Of a stretch of DNA of 27,870 nt, positions 5,660 to 16,800 are shown piece by piece. Both the position numbers and the translations under genes were made by a program. The stretch lies in NCBI GenBank assembly GCA_043819555.1, contig JBDREQ010000048.1, forward strand, positions 1 to 27,870, in the 5' to 3' direction. The notes under the pieces were generated by a model. That model searched no databases, was not told the origin of the DNA, and saw only the letters and a list, made by a program, of their open reading frames with translations. Position 1 is the stretch's first letter. The number at the start of each line of letters is the position of its first letter. The stretch comes from Candidatus Zixiibacteriota bacterium (GTDB lineage: Bacteria > Zixibacteria > MSB-5A5 > GN15 > JAAZOE01).

Positions 5660-8176
5660 ATGGATAAAATAATAAAATCGCGCAGAAAATTACCGATTCT
5701 CTCTGCTGAAAAAGAGCAAACGATTCCCGTGCTGCCGATACGCTCGGCCGTTATTTTTCCGAGTGAAATACATACTCTTCAGATCGGACGCCGGGAAAAT
5801 TTGGCTCTGATTGATGCGGTTACCCAAAAGGATAATCTGCTTGTTTTATCTTTTATTCCTAAGCAAACGCCGAATGGCGGAAATCAATATCTGTCTCAGG
5901 TCGGGGTACTGACACGAATTCAATCCGTTAAAGAAGCTATAGCAGGTTCGCGGATGGTAACCCTGGAAGGGGTTCGGCGCATTGCTTTGGCTGAAATAAA
6001 AAATTCCGAGCCATTCCTGACGGCTTTAGTCGCCGAACTGGCCGAAGGTCCGGATGATAGTCCCGATCTCGAAAAAGACACCTCAGAAATTATCGAGCTA
6101 ATATCGAAATTAACCCGTTTGGATACCCGCTACGCCGGAGAATTGATATATACCCTGGGAATGAGCCGGTCGTCTCCATCTCATTTCACCGACCGGGTGG
6201 CGGCAATGATTCATTTTCAACTTCATGATAAGCAGGAAATTCTTGAATCGATTACGATTCCCGAAAGGTGTCAGACCATTCTCAGGAAACTTAAAACCGA
6301 AATTGAAAACACATCAACCCTGGCTCGGATTAATGATCGCGTTACCGAATCTCTGGAGCGAAAGAAAAAGGAAAGTTTTTTGCGCCAGCAGTTAATGGAA
6401 ATTCGCCGCGAATTGGGAGATGATTTTATAGAGGAAGATATAGCGAAACATTATCATAAGAAGATTAAGGAAAACAGATCGTTCCCCAAAGAAGTTTCCG
6501 AGTACCTTTTATCCGAAGCTGACCGCCTAAAACATCTATCATCTTCATCGGCTGAATATGGGTCAAGTAAATACTATCTTGATCTGGTTCTGTCTTTGCC
6601 CTGGGAACCTGAAAAAAAAGAAATCATTGACTTAAAAAAAGTCGAGGAATCGCTCAATACGGGTTATTACGGATTGAGTAAAATCAAAGAGCAGATTCTG
6701 GAATATTTGGCATTGCGTACGATGAGTAAGGATCATAAAGATTTGCCGATCCTTTGCCTGATCGGTGCCATCGGGACAGGAAAAGCGTCACTGGCCAAAG
6801 CAATGGCCGCGTCGCTTGGCCGAAAATTCGTGCGCATCAACGGAACCAGTTTAATTGAAGTAGAAGATATCAAGGGTACATATCGAACAGATATCGGTGC
6901 CGGTCCGGGGCATTTGATTAGAATTCTCCAGAGCGAAAAATCATCCAATCTCGTTATTTTCATTGAGGACCTTGAGTATGTTGTCGAATCGGAAGATACC
7001 AATGCCCTTTTGTCATTACTCGAAGCGATAGATCCAAGACAGAATAGAAAATTCGTGGATACATTTATTGGAATTCCCATTGATTTATCGCGGGTTCTTT
7101 TCGTCCTCAGCATTACCGGTCTCGAAGAATTTCCGGAACCTTTTACGCATCGTTTAGAAATCGTTGAGATGCCGGGTTATATCGAAAAAGAAAAAATCAT
7201 TATCGCCAAGAAACATATTCTCCCCAAGTTATACAAAAAGCATGGACTGGCGCGAACGGAATTTAAATTCAACGATAAGATTTTGATTCGAATTATCCGC
7301 CAATATACAATGGAAGCGGGACTGATTGGCCTGCAGCAACAGCTAAAAAAAATATTCCGCCGCATAGCTCGAAAAAAGGCCATGGGCGATCCATGCAAAA
7401 TTACTCTGACAGAAAATACAATTGATGAATTTCTTGGTACACCCCAGTTTATTCCGGAAAAGGCAATGACCGAACCCGAAATTGGCGTCGCTAACGGATT
7501 GGCCTGGACGGGGGCCGGCGGAGATTTAATGCTTATTGAAGGTCTCAAAATGAAAGGCACCGGAACGGTTGCCACGACCGGTCTTTTGGGCGAGATAATG
7601 AAGGAATCAATTCAGGCGGCCCATAGCTTTATCCGTTCTCGCGCGGATATCCTCGGTATCGATCATGATGATTTCGCCAATTTTGATATTCACATTCATT
7701 TTCCCATGGGCGCGATTCCCAAAGACGGACCGTCCGCCGGAACCACTGTCGCCGTTGTCCTGGCTTCGGTTATGGCCGAACGCCCGGTTCGCAGTGATAT
7801 AGCGATGACCGGTGAAGTTACTTTGAGAGGCAAGATTATTCCGGTGGGAGGAGTAAAGGAAAAAGTTTCCGCTGCCAACCGCGCCGGCATATTTACTATC
7901 ATTCTGCCAAAAGAAAATAAGAAAGATATAAAAGAATTGCCACGCGAGATTATACGAAAGACAAAGTTTATTTTTATCGATACCGTTGATGAATTATTGG
8001 AGCATGCTTTACTTGACTTTCAGCCATCAACTTACACCCTGGAAAAACTCTTTGCCGAAGAAATCGAAAAAGCGAAAAAGCGCAAGAGGTCCCGCTCCAA
8101 ATCGACCGCAGAGAAAAAAACTACAAAGGCGAATGGCGCCAAAACGAAGAAAAGAGCGCCTAAGAAAATCAAATAA
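5660..8176 (+). CDS. lon: Lon (LonA-type) protease with degenerate AAA+ motifs
   Basis: LON N domain (IPVLPIRSAVIFP), LSLPW, YGLSKIKEQILEYLA, GLAWTGAGGD, catalytic PKDGPSAG and MTGEVTLRGKIIPVGGVKEK; Lys-rich C-terminal tail. Confidence 0.93.
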   Translation: MDKIIKSRRKLPILSAEKEQTIPVLPIRSAVIFPSEIHTLQIGRRENLALIDAVTQKDNLLVLSFIPKQTPNGGNQYLSQVGVLTRIQSVKEAIAGSRMVTLEGVRRIALAEIKNSEPFLTALVAELAEGPDDSPDLEKDTSEIIELISKLTRLDTRYAGELIYTLGMSRSSPSHFTDRVAAMIHFQLHDKQEILESITIPERCQTILRKLKTEIENTSTLARINDRVTESLERKKKESFLRQQLMEIRRELGDDFIEEDIAKHYHKKIKENRSFPKEVSEYLLSEADRLKHLSSSSAEYGSSKYYLDLVLSLPWEPEKKEIIDLKKVEESLNTGYYGLSKIKEQILEYLALRTMSKDHKDLPILCLIGAIGTGKASLAKAMAASLGRKFVRINGTSLIEVEDIKGTYRTDIGAGPGHLIRILQSEKSSNLVIFIEDLEYVVESEDTNALLSLLEAIDPRQNRKFVDTFIGIPIDLSRVLFVLSITGLEEFPEPFTHRLEIVEMPGYIEKEKIIIAKKHILPKLYKKHGLARTEFKFNDKILIRIIRQYTMEAGLIGLQQQLKKIFRRIARKKAMGDPCKITLTENTIDEFLGTPQFIPEKAMTEPEIGVANGLAWTGAGGDLMLIEGLKMKGTGTVATTGLLGEIMKESIQAAHSFIRSRADILGIDHDDFANFDIHIHFPMGAIPKDGPSAGTTVAVVLASVMAERPVRSDIAMTGEVTLRGKIIPVGGVKEKVSAANRAGIFTIILPKENKKDIKELPREIIRKTKFIFIDTVDELLEHALLDFQPSTYTLEKLFAEEIEKAKKRKRSRSKSTAEKKTTKANGAKTKKRAPKKIK

Positions 8177-8194
8177 ACTTTATCGAAAATGAGA

Positions 8195-8223
8195 TTGACA
8201 CAATTTTACTTTATTATTACATT
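8195..8223 (+). promoter_or_regulatory. Sigma70-type promoter
   Basis: TTGACA (8195-8200), 17 nt, TACATT (8218-8223), upstream of GGAGG RBS and ATG 8266. Confidence 0.6.
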
Positions 8224-8265
8224 AGTCGCTCTTGCGGTTGATTAAAAGATACTTCGGAGGTAAGA

Positions 8266-8790
8266 ATGAAACTAATTGTTAATATCAAAGCGCTGGCTAT
8301 TTGCTTATTTGTGCTGGTCTCACTCTGTGGGGCAAATGATGAGAATAGCCCCGACTCTTTAATCATTGAAAAGTTCTCTTTTGACGAAAACGGAAAAGCG
8401 GTTGCGGATTTTGTAATTGTTAATGATCAGGATTTGGCGGCTGTTACGATTCCCTTAATCCTGCGCGGAACGGGTGTCACTATTGATTCGATTTCATTCG
8501 CTGGAGGCAGGTTTGAGTATTTAAAAATGCTGCCGGTGACAATTGCCGAAAATAAGACTTCTGTGGTATTTGGAGCAATTGTAGTAACCGAGGAATATGT
8601 GGTTCCCGGGCGCGGTTTGTTTGCCAAAATGTATCTGTCGAGCGATACTGCCCAAAAGGATATTTCCTGCGTGATTGATACAACGACGGTGGAACCGGCA
8701 TTTCTAATGTTCACCAAAACCAGTTCAGCCTCATTTACTCCGGCCTTTATTCCGGGCACGATCGCAGTCGAAGAGCCCAAAAAGGAATAA
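8266..8790 (+). CDS. Secreted single cohesin-like domain protein
   Basis: Signal peptide; the mature part aligns with the N-terminal domain of ORF 9036 (NDQDLAAVTIPL/NDEELAAITLPL, IDSISFAGGRFEYL/LDSISVIGSRVEYL, PGRGLFA/PGSGLLA, AFLMFT, FTPAFIPG/FLPEFFPG). Confidence 0.75.
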   Translation: MKLIVNIKALAICLFVLVSLCGANDENSPDSLIIEKFSFDENGKAVADFVIVNDQDLAAVTIPLILRGTGVTIDSISFAGGRFEYLKMLPVTIAENKTSVVFGAIVVTEEYVVPGRGLFAKMYLSSDTAQKDISCVIDTTTVEPAFLMFTKTSSASFTPAFIPGTIAVEEPKKE

Positions 8791-8820
8791 TACGATTATT
8801 TATATTCTGAAGATTTTTAT

Positions 8821-8848
8821 AGCCCGGCCTTTTCGGCCGGGTTTTTTT
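8821..8848 (+). terminator. Rho-independent terminator
   Basis: CCCGGCC-TTTTC-GGCCGGG followed by a T-run. Confidence 0.85.
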
Positions 8849-9035
8849 ATCCGTTTACAAATTGTTAGTTAGTAAATCAAAATATCCACTTATAATGCTG
8901 CCCCTATTTTGTTTATTCTTGACATAATTACGCGGATGTATATCTTGATATTATAAGAAAGTACGGGCGGGTACTTCATATAATTCAATTAACGAGTCAC
9001 AATTACTTTATTTTGCCATTGTACCGGGAGGTTTC

Positions 9036-11351
9036 ATGCGTAACAGGATGTTATGGATGCTTTTGACGGCTTTATGCCTATCTAACGCAGTATTTGGTCA
9101 AAATAATGATCCGGGAATTCCGGATACTGTCTATATTAAATCAGTTTCGGTCAACGCCGGCGAAAAGGCGGTTCTGGAAGTTAACTTCAGAAATGATGAG
9201 GAATTGGCTGCCATTACTCTGCCATTGCACTGGAGTTCTGATGATATTACACTCGACTCGATATCAGTCATTGGTTCGAGAGTCGAGTATCTTTCCGTGA
9301 CGCCATATATAATATATCCCGAAGAAAATACGGCGGTCTTTGGTGCGGTTGTGATAATGGAGGCAAATATCCCTCCTGGTTCCGGTCTATTGGCCGAGCT
9401 GTATTTTGATATTCCTCAGGGTACGCCCGATCAATTTATTTACGTTGACTCCATTACCAGGGATATTGCGTTTTTAATGTTTACCAATCCTAATTCTACC
9501 AGTTTTCTACCGGAATTTTTCCCCGGAGTCATAACGGTGGGGAATCCGACGCTGTCTCCTCATATTGTTCTTTCACCGTCATCTATGGTATTTAATGGAA
9601 CGGTGGGATTTCCTTCGCCGCCTCCGCAAGGGTTAAATATCAGTAATGGTGGGGATGGAGAATTATCATGGACGGCAATGTCGGATGCCTCCTGGCTTTC
9701 GGTCGCTCCTGAAAGTGGCATTGTTCCATCCAATACCTCAATTTTGATTGATGCCTTAGTCCTCGATGAGGGCCAATATTCTGGCAATATTATAATCTCA
9801 TGTGAAGAAGCGGACAATTCGCCTCAATATCTTCCCGTTACCTTAAATATGATTAAACTGCCCCCGACCATCACCGCCGCCCCTCAGCAGATAACGGTTT
9901 CTGCCGTCCAGGGCGGTGAAGACCCAATGGATAGATTTTTGCACATATCTACCAGTGTTCTCGGCAGTGATCTAAACTGGACGGTTGCCAATTCGGAAAA
10001 CTGGCTGACTCTCGACCCGCTTTCAGGCTCTCCTCCGGATTCGGTTACATTATCATTTGATATCGCCGGAATGACTTTTGGAGAATATTATGATGAGGTC
10101 GTCATTACCGATCCGGAAGCGACAAACTCGCCTTTCATTGTGCCGGTTTCATTGCAAATTGTTTCGGATCTGCCTGTTATAGACGCGGAACCTGAAAGAT
10201 TGACTGTTGTGGCCGCAACCGGTACGAATGCCGATCCGGCGAGTTTTTATATTTTCAACTCGGGTGAAGGTTCGATGGATTTCAGCATAACCGAGGTGAG
10301 CGACAGAATTATTGGAGTAAATCCGGCCTCCGGCATAGCTCCAATCGATGTGGAATTGACATTTGCCACTGAGTCACTGGATGATGGCATGTATTATGAC
10401 ACGATACTGATAACGTCAACTTCGGCAATCAATTCCCCTTTTGAATATATTATTAAATACACCGTTATGGCTAACCCGCCGGAATTATATGTTATACCGT
10501 CGGGACTGAATTTTACTTACTACGAGTGCGAGCAGGGAATTAATCCGGCGCCGGATTATAAACACTTCCAAATTGAAAATCATGGCGGCGGCAGTATTTT
10601 TTGGGAAGCGGCTAATAAAGAGGATTGGCTGGATATTGTATATGAATCAGGGATAGAACCCATTATTAATACGGCTAAACTTAATGCCGATGGATTACCG
10701 GTCGGAATATATTATGATACGATCGTAATTACAGCCGATCATGCCACGAATAGCCCCGGGAAAATTGCCGTAACACTTAATGTCATTGCCGGGACAAAAA
10801 CACCACAAATGGTGGTTACCGTTTCCAGCGATTCAGTTTATGCCCAGGAAGTTTTTGGTGATATTTATGTTGAAAAAAATAGCAGTTGTCGTGAAATAAA
10901 CTTAAATACCAGATGTGTGGCACGTATCGAAAATCGGTATCCCGGGTGCATGGATTATTCAATTGAGGAAAATATTCCCTGGTTGCGATTTGTCGAAACG
11001 ACAGGTCAATCGCCCAATTGGATAGAAGCAATAGTCGAAATCGGGGATTATACATATGGTATTTATGACGATCATTTTTTCATTCATTCGGAGACGGCGT
11101 CCAATTCACCCATCCGGGTTGATTTAGCGCTTCAGGTTTGGCGATTACATGGCGATGTAGACTGGAACAATCGGATTGACCTGGGAGATGCTGTCAAAAT
11201 GATCAATTATATTTTTAAAGAAGGTCATTTGCCGATTCCGGAAATAATCGTTGGCGATTGTAATTGCGATAATCAATTTAATATCGGAGATATCAGAGTT
11301 GTCATCAATTTTATATTTGGATTGGGGGATAAACCTTGCGGTAATCTTTAA
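9036..11351 (+). CDS. Secreted cohesin - BACON/Ig-like repeats (about 5) - dockerin protein
   Basis: Signal peptide; cohesin-like domain aa ~30-168; ~100-aa repeats with N-x-G-x-G-x-L-x-W...WL-x-V-x-P-x-SG...G-x-Y...I-x-I...A-x-NSP; C-terminal duplicated Ca-binding loops GDVDWNNRIDLGDAVKMINYIF and GDCNCDNQFNIGDIRVVINFIF. Confidence 0.85.
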   Translation: MRNRMLWMLLTALCLSNAVFGQNNDPGIPDTVYIKSVSVNAGEKAVLEVNFRNDEELAAITLPLHWSSDDITLDSISVIGSRVEYLSVTPYIIYPEENTAVFGAVVIMEANIPPGSGLLAELYFDIPQGTPDQFIYVDSITRDIAFLMFTNPNSTSFLPEFFPGVITVGNPTLSPHIVLSPSSMVFNGTVGFPSPPPQGLNISNGGDGELSWTAMSDASWLSVAPESGIVPSNTSILIDALVLDEGQYSGNIIISCEEADNSPQYLPVTLNMIKLPPTITAAPQQITVSAVQGGEDPMDRFLHISTSVLGSDLNWTVANSENWLTLDPLSGSPPDSVTLSFDIAGMTFGEYYDEVVITDPEATNSPFIVPVSLQIVSDLPVIDAEPERLTVVAATGTNADPASFYIFNSGEGSMDFSITEVSDRIIGVNPASGIAPIDVELTFATESLDDGMYYDTILITSTSAINSPFEYIIKYTVMANPPELYVIPSGLNFTYYECEQGINPAPDYKHFQIENHGGGSIFWEAANKEDWLDIVYESGIEPIINTAKLNADGLPVGIYYDTIVITADHATNSPGKIAVTLNVIAGTKTPQMVVTVSSDSVYAQEVFGDIYVEKNSSCREINLNTRCVARIENRYPGCMDYSIEENIPWLRFVETTGQSPNWIEAIVEIGDYTYGIYDDHFFIHSETASNSPIRVDLALQVWRLHGDVDWNNRIDLGDAVKMINYIFKEGHLPIPEIIVGDCNCDNQFNIGDIRVVINFIFGLGDKPCGNL

Positions 11352-11375
11352 TTGATTTCGCAAAATATGCCGCAG

Positions 11376-11404
11376 ACCGCTCCATTCTTTGGGGCGGTTT
11401 TTTT
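11376..11404 (+). terminator. Rho-independent terminator
   Basis: ACCGCTCCA-TTCTT-TGGGGCGGT followed by a T-run. Confidence 0.8.
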
Positions 11405-11517
11405 GTCTGAAAAAATAGATTCTGAATTCTATTTTATCCATAAATCCCAAGAATTTAATGGACAATGCGATGAAAACCTCTTTATTAAATATCTGAGTCT
11501 ATAGCTGGAGATTTTAT

Positions 11518-12204
11518 ATGTCAGAGTTCAATCAAAATGATTTTAATGAGTTTGTGGTCAGCAATGGCGTTTACGGCTTTTTTGATAATGCGATTACTCT
11601 AAAATCCGGCCGCCTATCCCATTTTTACGCCAACTGGCGAAATGTAGTCGAGGATGCCTGGTTAACAGAAATTCTGATTGGGCATTTGCTCGCCTTCGTC
11701 GAAGACAAAGGTATTGCTGTAGAGACATATTATGGCGTACCTGAGGGCGCCACAAAGCTGGGGATATTGGCTCAATTTGAGTCTGCCCGGAGATCGGCCG
11801 ATTATTCCCAGGGGAGTCATTCGCTTGCTATGGGTCGGGCCAAGCCCAAGGATCATGGCGCGCCCAGGGACAGATATTTCGTGGGGATGCCGCGAGGGAA
11901 AACGCTTGTTCTTGAAGACGTGACGACTACAGGAGGATCATTAATTAGTACGCTGGATTTCCTTATTGAAGCTGGTGTGGAAGTCATTGGTGTCATTAGT
12001 CTGACCAATCGCATGGAAAAAAGAAATGACGGCTTGAGTGTCGAAGATATATTTGCTCAAAAGAATATTCCCTTCTATTGCATGAGTTCGGCATTAGATG
12101 TACTGCCTATTGTATATGAAAAACTAAAGCCTGGTGTCGAAATCGCGAAGGCAATTGAGTCGGAGTATGAGGAATATGGTTTGGCAAAGATCAGACTGCT
12201 TTAA
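11518..12204 (+). CDS. pyrE: Orotate phosphoribosyltransferase
   Basis: TLKSGRLSHFY, flexible loop RAKPKDHG, PRPP-binding LVLEDVTTTGGS. Confidence 0.85.
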   Translation: MSEFNQNDFNEFVVSNGVYGFFDNAITLKSGRLSHFYANWRNVVEDAWLTEILIGHLLAFVEDKGIAVETYYGVPEGATKLGILAQFESARRSADYSQGSHSLAMGRAKPKDHGAPRDRYFVGMPRGKTLVLEDVTTTGGSLISTLDFLIEAGVEVIGVISLTNRMEKRNDGLSVEDIFAQKNIPFYCMSSALDVLPIVYEKLKPGVEIAKAIESEYEEYGLAKIRLL

Positions 12205-12217
12205 TACCAGTCAGTAT

Positions 12218-13042
12218 TTATGAATCCGATTTGGGGCGCCTTGATTTGATTATAAAAGTCGCACCCAGTATTATCATAAATAAACTGTAAAAAATCCCGC
12301 GGCTTACGCCCATAATTGGGGGAGAGTCATATTCTCGAAATTGTTCTCCGATTATACGGACAATGGCATACAAAATAAGAAATTCACCGCTGATACGCCC
12401 CGGGGACTTAAGAACATCGGTTTTCCATATTCGCCATTGAGTATAAATAAAAAGGAATAAACCCTCCATGGCGGCTTCATATAATTGTGAGGGATGACGC
12501 GGCTGTATTAAATCGGTCGGCGTTCCCATAGGCGCGCTGTAAGGAAAAATGACGGCCCAGGATACATTCGATGGCGTACCCCATAATTCGCCGTTAATAA
12601 AATTGGCGATTCGTCCCAACATTAATCCCGGAGCAGCCATGGATGCCAAAAGATCACCAAGTTTAAAAAATGGCATCCCAAATTTCCGCGTCATTATCCA
12701 GCTGGCAATAATGACACCGATAAATCCGCCATGACTTGCCATCCCTCCTCTCCAGACCGCAAAAATGGATAGAGGATTTGAAATGGAATCATGTAAATCA
12801 TAGAAAAGAACATGTCCGATGCGGCCGCCAATTAATACGCCAAGCACTAACGCGAAAAGAAGTGAGCTTTGTTGCTCTGCGGAAATTGAAATTAATCCTT
12901 TTTCCCGATATTTCCTGAATAGATAGATGGCGATAAGAAACCCCAGGGCATATGCAATTCCATAATACCGAATGCCAAATTCTCCCCAGATGTGAATTAG
13001 CACAGGATCGATATCATGGACGTAATATCCGACAATCGGCAT
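12218..13042 (-). CDS. lgt: Prolipoprotein diacylglyceryl transferase
   Basis: IRYYG, GGRIGHVLFY, WRGGMASHGG, GRIANFINGELWG, RHPSQLYEA. Confidence 0.97.
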   Translation of the reverse strand: MPIVGYYVHDIDPVLIHIWGEFGIRYYGIAYALGFLIAIYLFRKYREKGLISISAEQQSSLLFALVLGVLIGGRIGHVLFYDLHDSISNPLSIFAVWRGGMASHGGFIGVIIASWIMTRKFGMPFFKLGDLLASMAAPGLMLGRIANFINGELWGTPSNVSWAVIFPYSAPMGTPTDLIQPRHPSQLYEAAMEGLFLFIYTQWRIWKTDVLKSPGRISGEFLILYAIVRIIGEQFREYDSPPIMGVSRGIFYSLFMIILGATFIIKSRRPKSDS

Positions 13043-13156
13043 GGTTGAGGTGTCCTAATTTACCGTGACAAGATTCAATATAAATTCAGTCATCAAACCG
13101 AATATAAACGGACTCATCGGAGAAGTAAATTATTAAATTCCTCGATAATTTTGCAC

Positions 13157-13184
13157 AAAAAAAGCCGCCATATTCGGCGGCTTT
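13157..13184 (-). terminator. Rho-independent terminator of rpmG
   Basis: AAAGCCGCC-ATATTC-GGCGGCTTT preceded by an A-run (U-tract on the minus strand). Confidence 0.8.
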
Positions 13185-13204
13185 AAATTCCCTGGATGAT
13201 TCAG

Positions 13205-13366
13205 CTAACGCGTCTCTTTGAAGAGGACATGTTTGCGAACCAGCGGATCAAATTTCTTAATCTGGATTCGGTCGGGAGTATTTCTTTTGTTCTTGGTCGT
13301 CGTGTACATATACCCGCTTTCGGTGCTTTTTAGTCTGATTATAATTCGAGCGCCTGCTTTAGCCAT
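13205..13366 (-). CDS. rpmG: 50S ribosomal protein L33 (cysteine-free type)
   Basis: [63 protein letters not shown]; true start 13366, the longer ORF-track start is an over-extension. Confidence 0.96.
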   Translation of the reverse strand: MAKAGARIIIRLKSTESGYMYTTTKNKRNTPDRIQIKKFDPLVRKHVLFKETR

Positions 13367-13873
13367 CGCTTCAGTTCCTTTCTCTATCTCAAATAACGGA
13401 CTTTCTTTAAATATCGACCGATCCAAACATGAATTCAATCGAGACACATCTTGAAAACAAATGTTTAAACCGGCAACGCCCCAGCAAGATAAAATATTTC
13501 CAGAATTAAGCAAGTTATTTAGGTCTTTTGAATTATAAAAACTTGATTTTTATCGAGCAATTATTATAGCCCTATATGTATATTATACAATGAATTACAC
13601 TAATTGTGGCTTAGGGAAGGGTCGTGCCGAAATATATAATTTATCATATGTGCAGCATTTCCGACGTTAATATTTCAAAAGGTACGAACCATAGCATCGC
13701 AACTGGATTAAAATACAAAGAATTTTGTCTGCCCGAGAAAATCATCAATTAAAGAAAATTCTTTGATAATTAGAAAAAATGTGTACTTTTTTAGCGGGAA
13801 TGCTCTCTTAAGGGAAGAGACTCATTGGCAGCATAAAGCTCGTTAAATAATTTGTGAGAGCAGGAGGGACATA

Positions 13874-16800
13874 ATGAACAGGGGCAAAATCGTTTCCACC
13901 ATAATTCTAATGATTTTTGGATATAGCTTTTCATTTGGTGCTGGGCTGTCATTTGTAAATATCGCGACCGATCCCAATTCGGGATTATACTATTCCGATT
14001 TTTCCGTGGGAACCGCGATATTTGATTTTAACAATGATGGGTTCGATGATATCATGGTTGGCAATTATGCCGTCAATAAGAATCGTCTGTTCATGTCGAA
14101 TGGTGATGGGACGTTTACGGATGTGGCGGAATTGGCCGGTGTCGCGACATCGGTGAAAACACTGGGAACTGCTACGGCAGATATTGACGCCAATGGATTT
14201 TTAGATTTTCTTGTATTTACTGAAGTTTCTTATTCATCGGGAAGCTCGAATCCGGGATATCTGTATTTGAATAATGGCGATCAAACATTTTCCGATGCGG
14301 GAATATCAGAATTTGTTTCGTCGCACGGTTATGTCGGATATGCCGCCGCATTTGGAGATATTAATCGCGATGGATATCTTGATGTATTTTATGGCGGCAG
14401 GATGTTTCAAAATGACGGCAATCTTAACTTTACAGATGTTACGCTGAGTACCGGCATTCAATCAACCGGGTCAATTTCACACGCTGTCTTTGGGGATATT
14501 GATAATGATTTTGATCCCGATTTAATAATTTGCAGACAATATGGTGGCAATACCTCTCTCTATTTAAATGACGGTACCGGTATCTTTACATCGGGTGACC
14601 ATCTCCTGCCCGGTTCACCGTATGGGCTGGGCGCCATCTTCGGAGATATTGACAATGACGGTGATTTGGATTTGTTTCTTTCCTATAGTAACAGGATGTA
14701 CCTAAATGATGGCAGCGGTCAATTCTCTCTCGACCCAAATTGCGACTCTTATCCCAGATATACTCGCGGCGCGATGTTAGCTGATTTTGATAATGACGGT
14801 GATCCCGATTTACTACTTCCCCATGAAGATGGTTTTCCGACCTATCATGAAAATATGGGTGGAGGGGTTTTTGTTGATAAAAGTAATGAAGTTGGCCTCA
14901 TCAATGGCGAAAGTAAGGCCGGCGGTATTGCAATCGGGGATTTTGAAGGTGACGGTGATTTGGATTTTTATATTCCCAAAACCGATAACTTAATTAATCC
15001 GTGCTATATCAATCAGGTGAATAATAATAACTCAATTGTGATTACCCCCCAGGGTACGATATCGAATTTTTCGGGTATTGGAGCCAAAGCATATATTTAC
15101 GAAAATGGACATATCGGCGATGTAGATTATCAAATTGGAATGGCTGAATTAGCTTCAACTTCCGGATGGTGCTCCGGTACGACCGGTCGAATTCATATCG
15201 GAACCGGAAGCCCCGGACTTTTTGATGTTCGAGTAGTATTTCCGAGCGGTGTTATTGTCGATGACCCCGGGGTCGCATCAGGAAGCCGTGTAACAGTTTT
15301 TGAATCGGGGGAGATTCCGAATTTTTTGTATGTTTCACCCGGTTCAAGAGTGCTGGAAATGCCACTGGGTGCCGATCCTGAAATCGTGGAATTTTACATA
15401 ACCGATTCCAAAAGCGAATTGATTGACTGGTCGGCCGGCAGTCAGACTTCATTTATCGAAATATTGGCCTCTTCGGGGACAACGCCTGCAACATTACAGG
15501 TCCGGGTCAATCCATCCGGCCTGGGACTTGGAAACCACACCGGACAGATTATTATAACTTCACCGGATGCCATTAATGCACCTAATATCAAAATTACGAT
15601 TGTGATACACAACCGTTTTCTGCAAAATATAGCCGCCGAATCCGGTTTGTCGCATGGCGATTTCAGTCTCGGGGCCGCTTTTTTTGATTATGATCTCGAT
15701 GGTGATGATGATATTTTTGTGAATAATATGAATGGGCAATGTCGCCTTTATCAGTCCGGGGGGACGATTTTTGAGGATGTTGCGGTATCATCCGGGGTTG
15801 CTGCCGATTACCACAATCTGGGGGTATTTGGGGGGGATTTAAACGCCGATGATTGGCCCGATATTTTATCATTTACCGAAGAAAAAGAAGTTGGGTTTAC
15901 ATATTTAAATGCAGGATTAGGAAATTTCGTTGACGCTCAAATTCAGGAATTTTCAACTGCTGATGGTTATAATGGGTATGCCGCTTCCTCGGCAGACATA
16001 GATAATGACGGTGATCTGGATATCTTTTATGGTGCAAAGTTATTTCAAAATGATGGGACTTTCTCGTTTGCCGATTTTACCGAAGAAGCGGGCCTTCTGA
16101 ATATTCCTTTCACCTGCCGGGCGGTATTCGGTGATGTCGATAATGACGGTGACATGGATATTTTTATGAATCGACAAAATCGAGCACCATCGCTACTCTT
16201 TATTAATGATGGCACCGGCCATTTCCTGGAGTCGTCCTATTATAAATCGAGTTTGGGTTATTTCCCAACCGCATTGGGGACGTCGTTCGGGGATGTCGAT
16301 AGTGATGGCGATCTGGATATGTATACATGCGCCGGGTATTCCGATCCGAATAAATTATTCATAAATGACGGCAATGGGTACTTTGTCGATAATACGGTAC
16401 AGTCCGGGACATCATGCACTAACTATAGCCGCGGTTCCGAGTTTGTCGATATTGATCTGGATGGTGATTTGGATTTAATTGTTGCCAATGAAAATCGCTC
16501 GGCGCAGTTATTTATCAATGACGGCGACGGAGTATTTACCGAGGTAACCGATGTCTCCGGTATAAACGATGGTTTGGCAAAGGGAGGGGCCGTCGCCGCA
16601 GGTGACTATGATAACGATGGAGACATGGATATATATATTACTCGCACCGATAATATTATCAATTCGTTTTTTGAAAATAAAATCAATTCGGGACAGTATA
16701 TTACGATACAACCGGTAGGCATAGTATCCAACCGGGCGGCAATCGGGACCAAAGCTTACCTGTATCCTTCGGGTCAATTGGGGAATCCTGATGCTTTATT

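Noticed and set aside
8266..8335. Lipoprotein anchor on the free cohesin (Cys21)
   Set aside because: VSLC has Leu at -1 and does not fit the [LVI][ASTVI][GAS]C lipobox; signal peptidase I cleavage after CGA is more plausible.
13367..13513. N-terminal extension of L33 in the ORF track
   Set aside because: RBS and family length place the start at 13366.
13520..13870. Riboswitch or ncRNA in the long intergenic region
   Set aside because: No known aptamer consensus recognised; only an AT-rich 11-bp inverted repeat (13716-13726 / 13755-13765) that may be chance. An Rfam scan would settle it.
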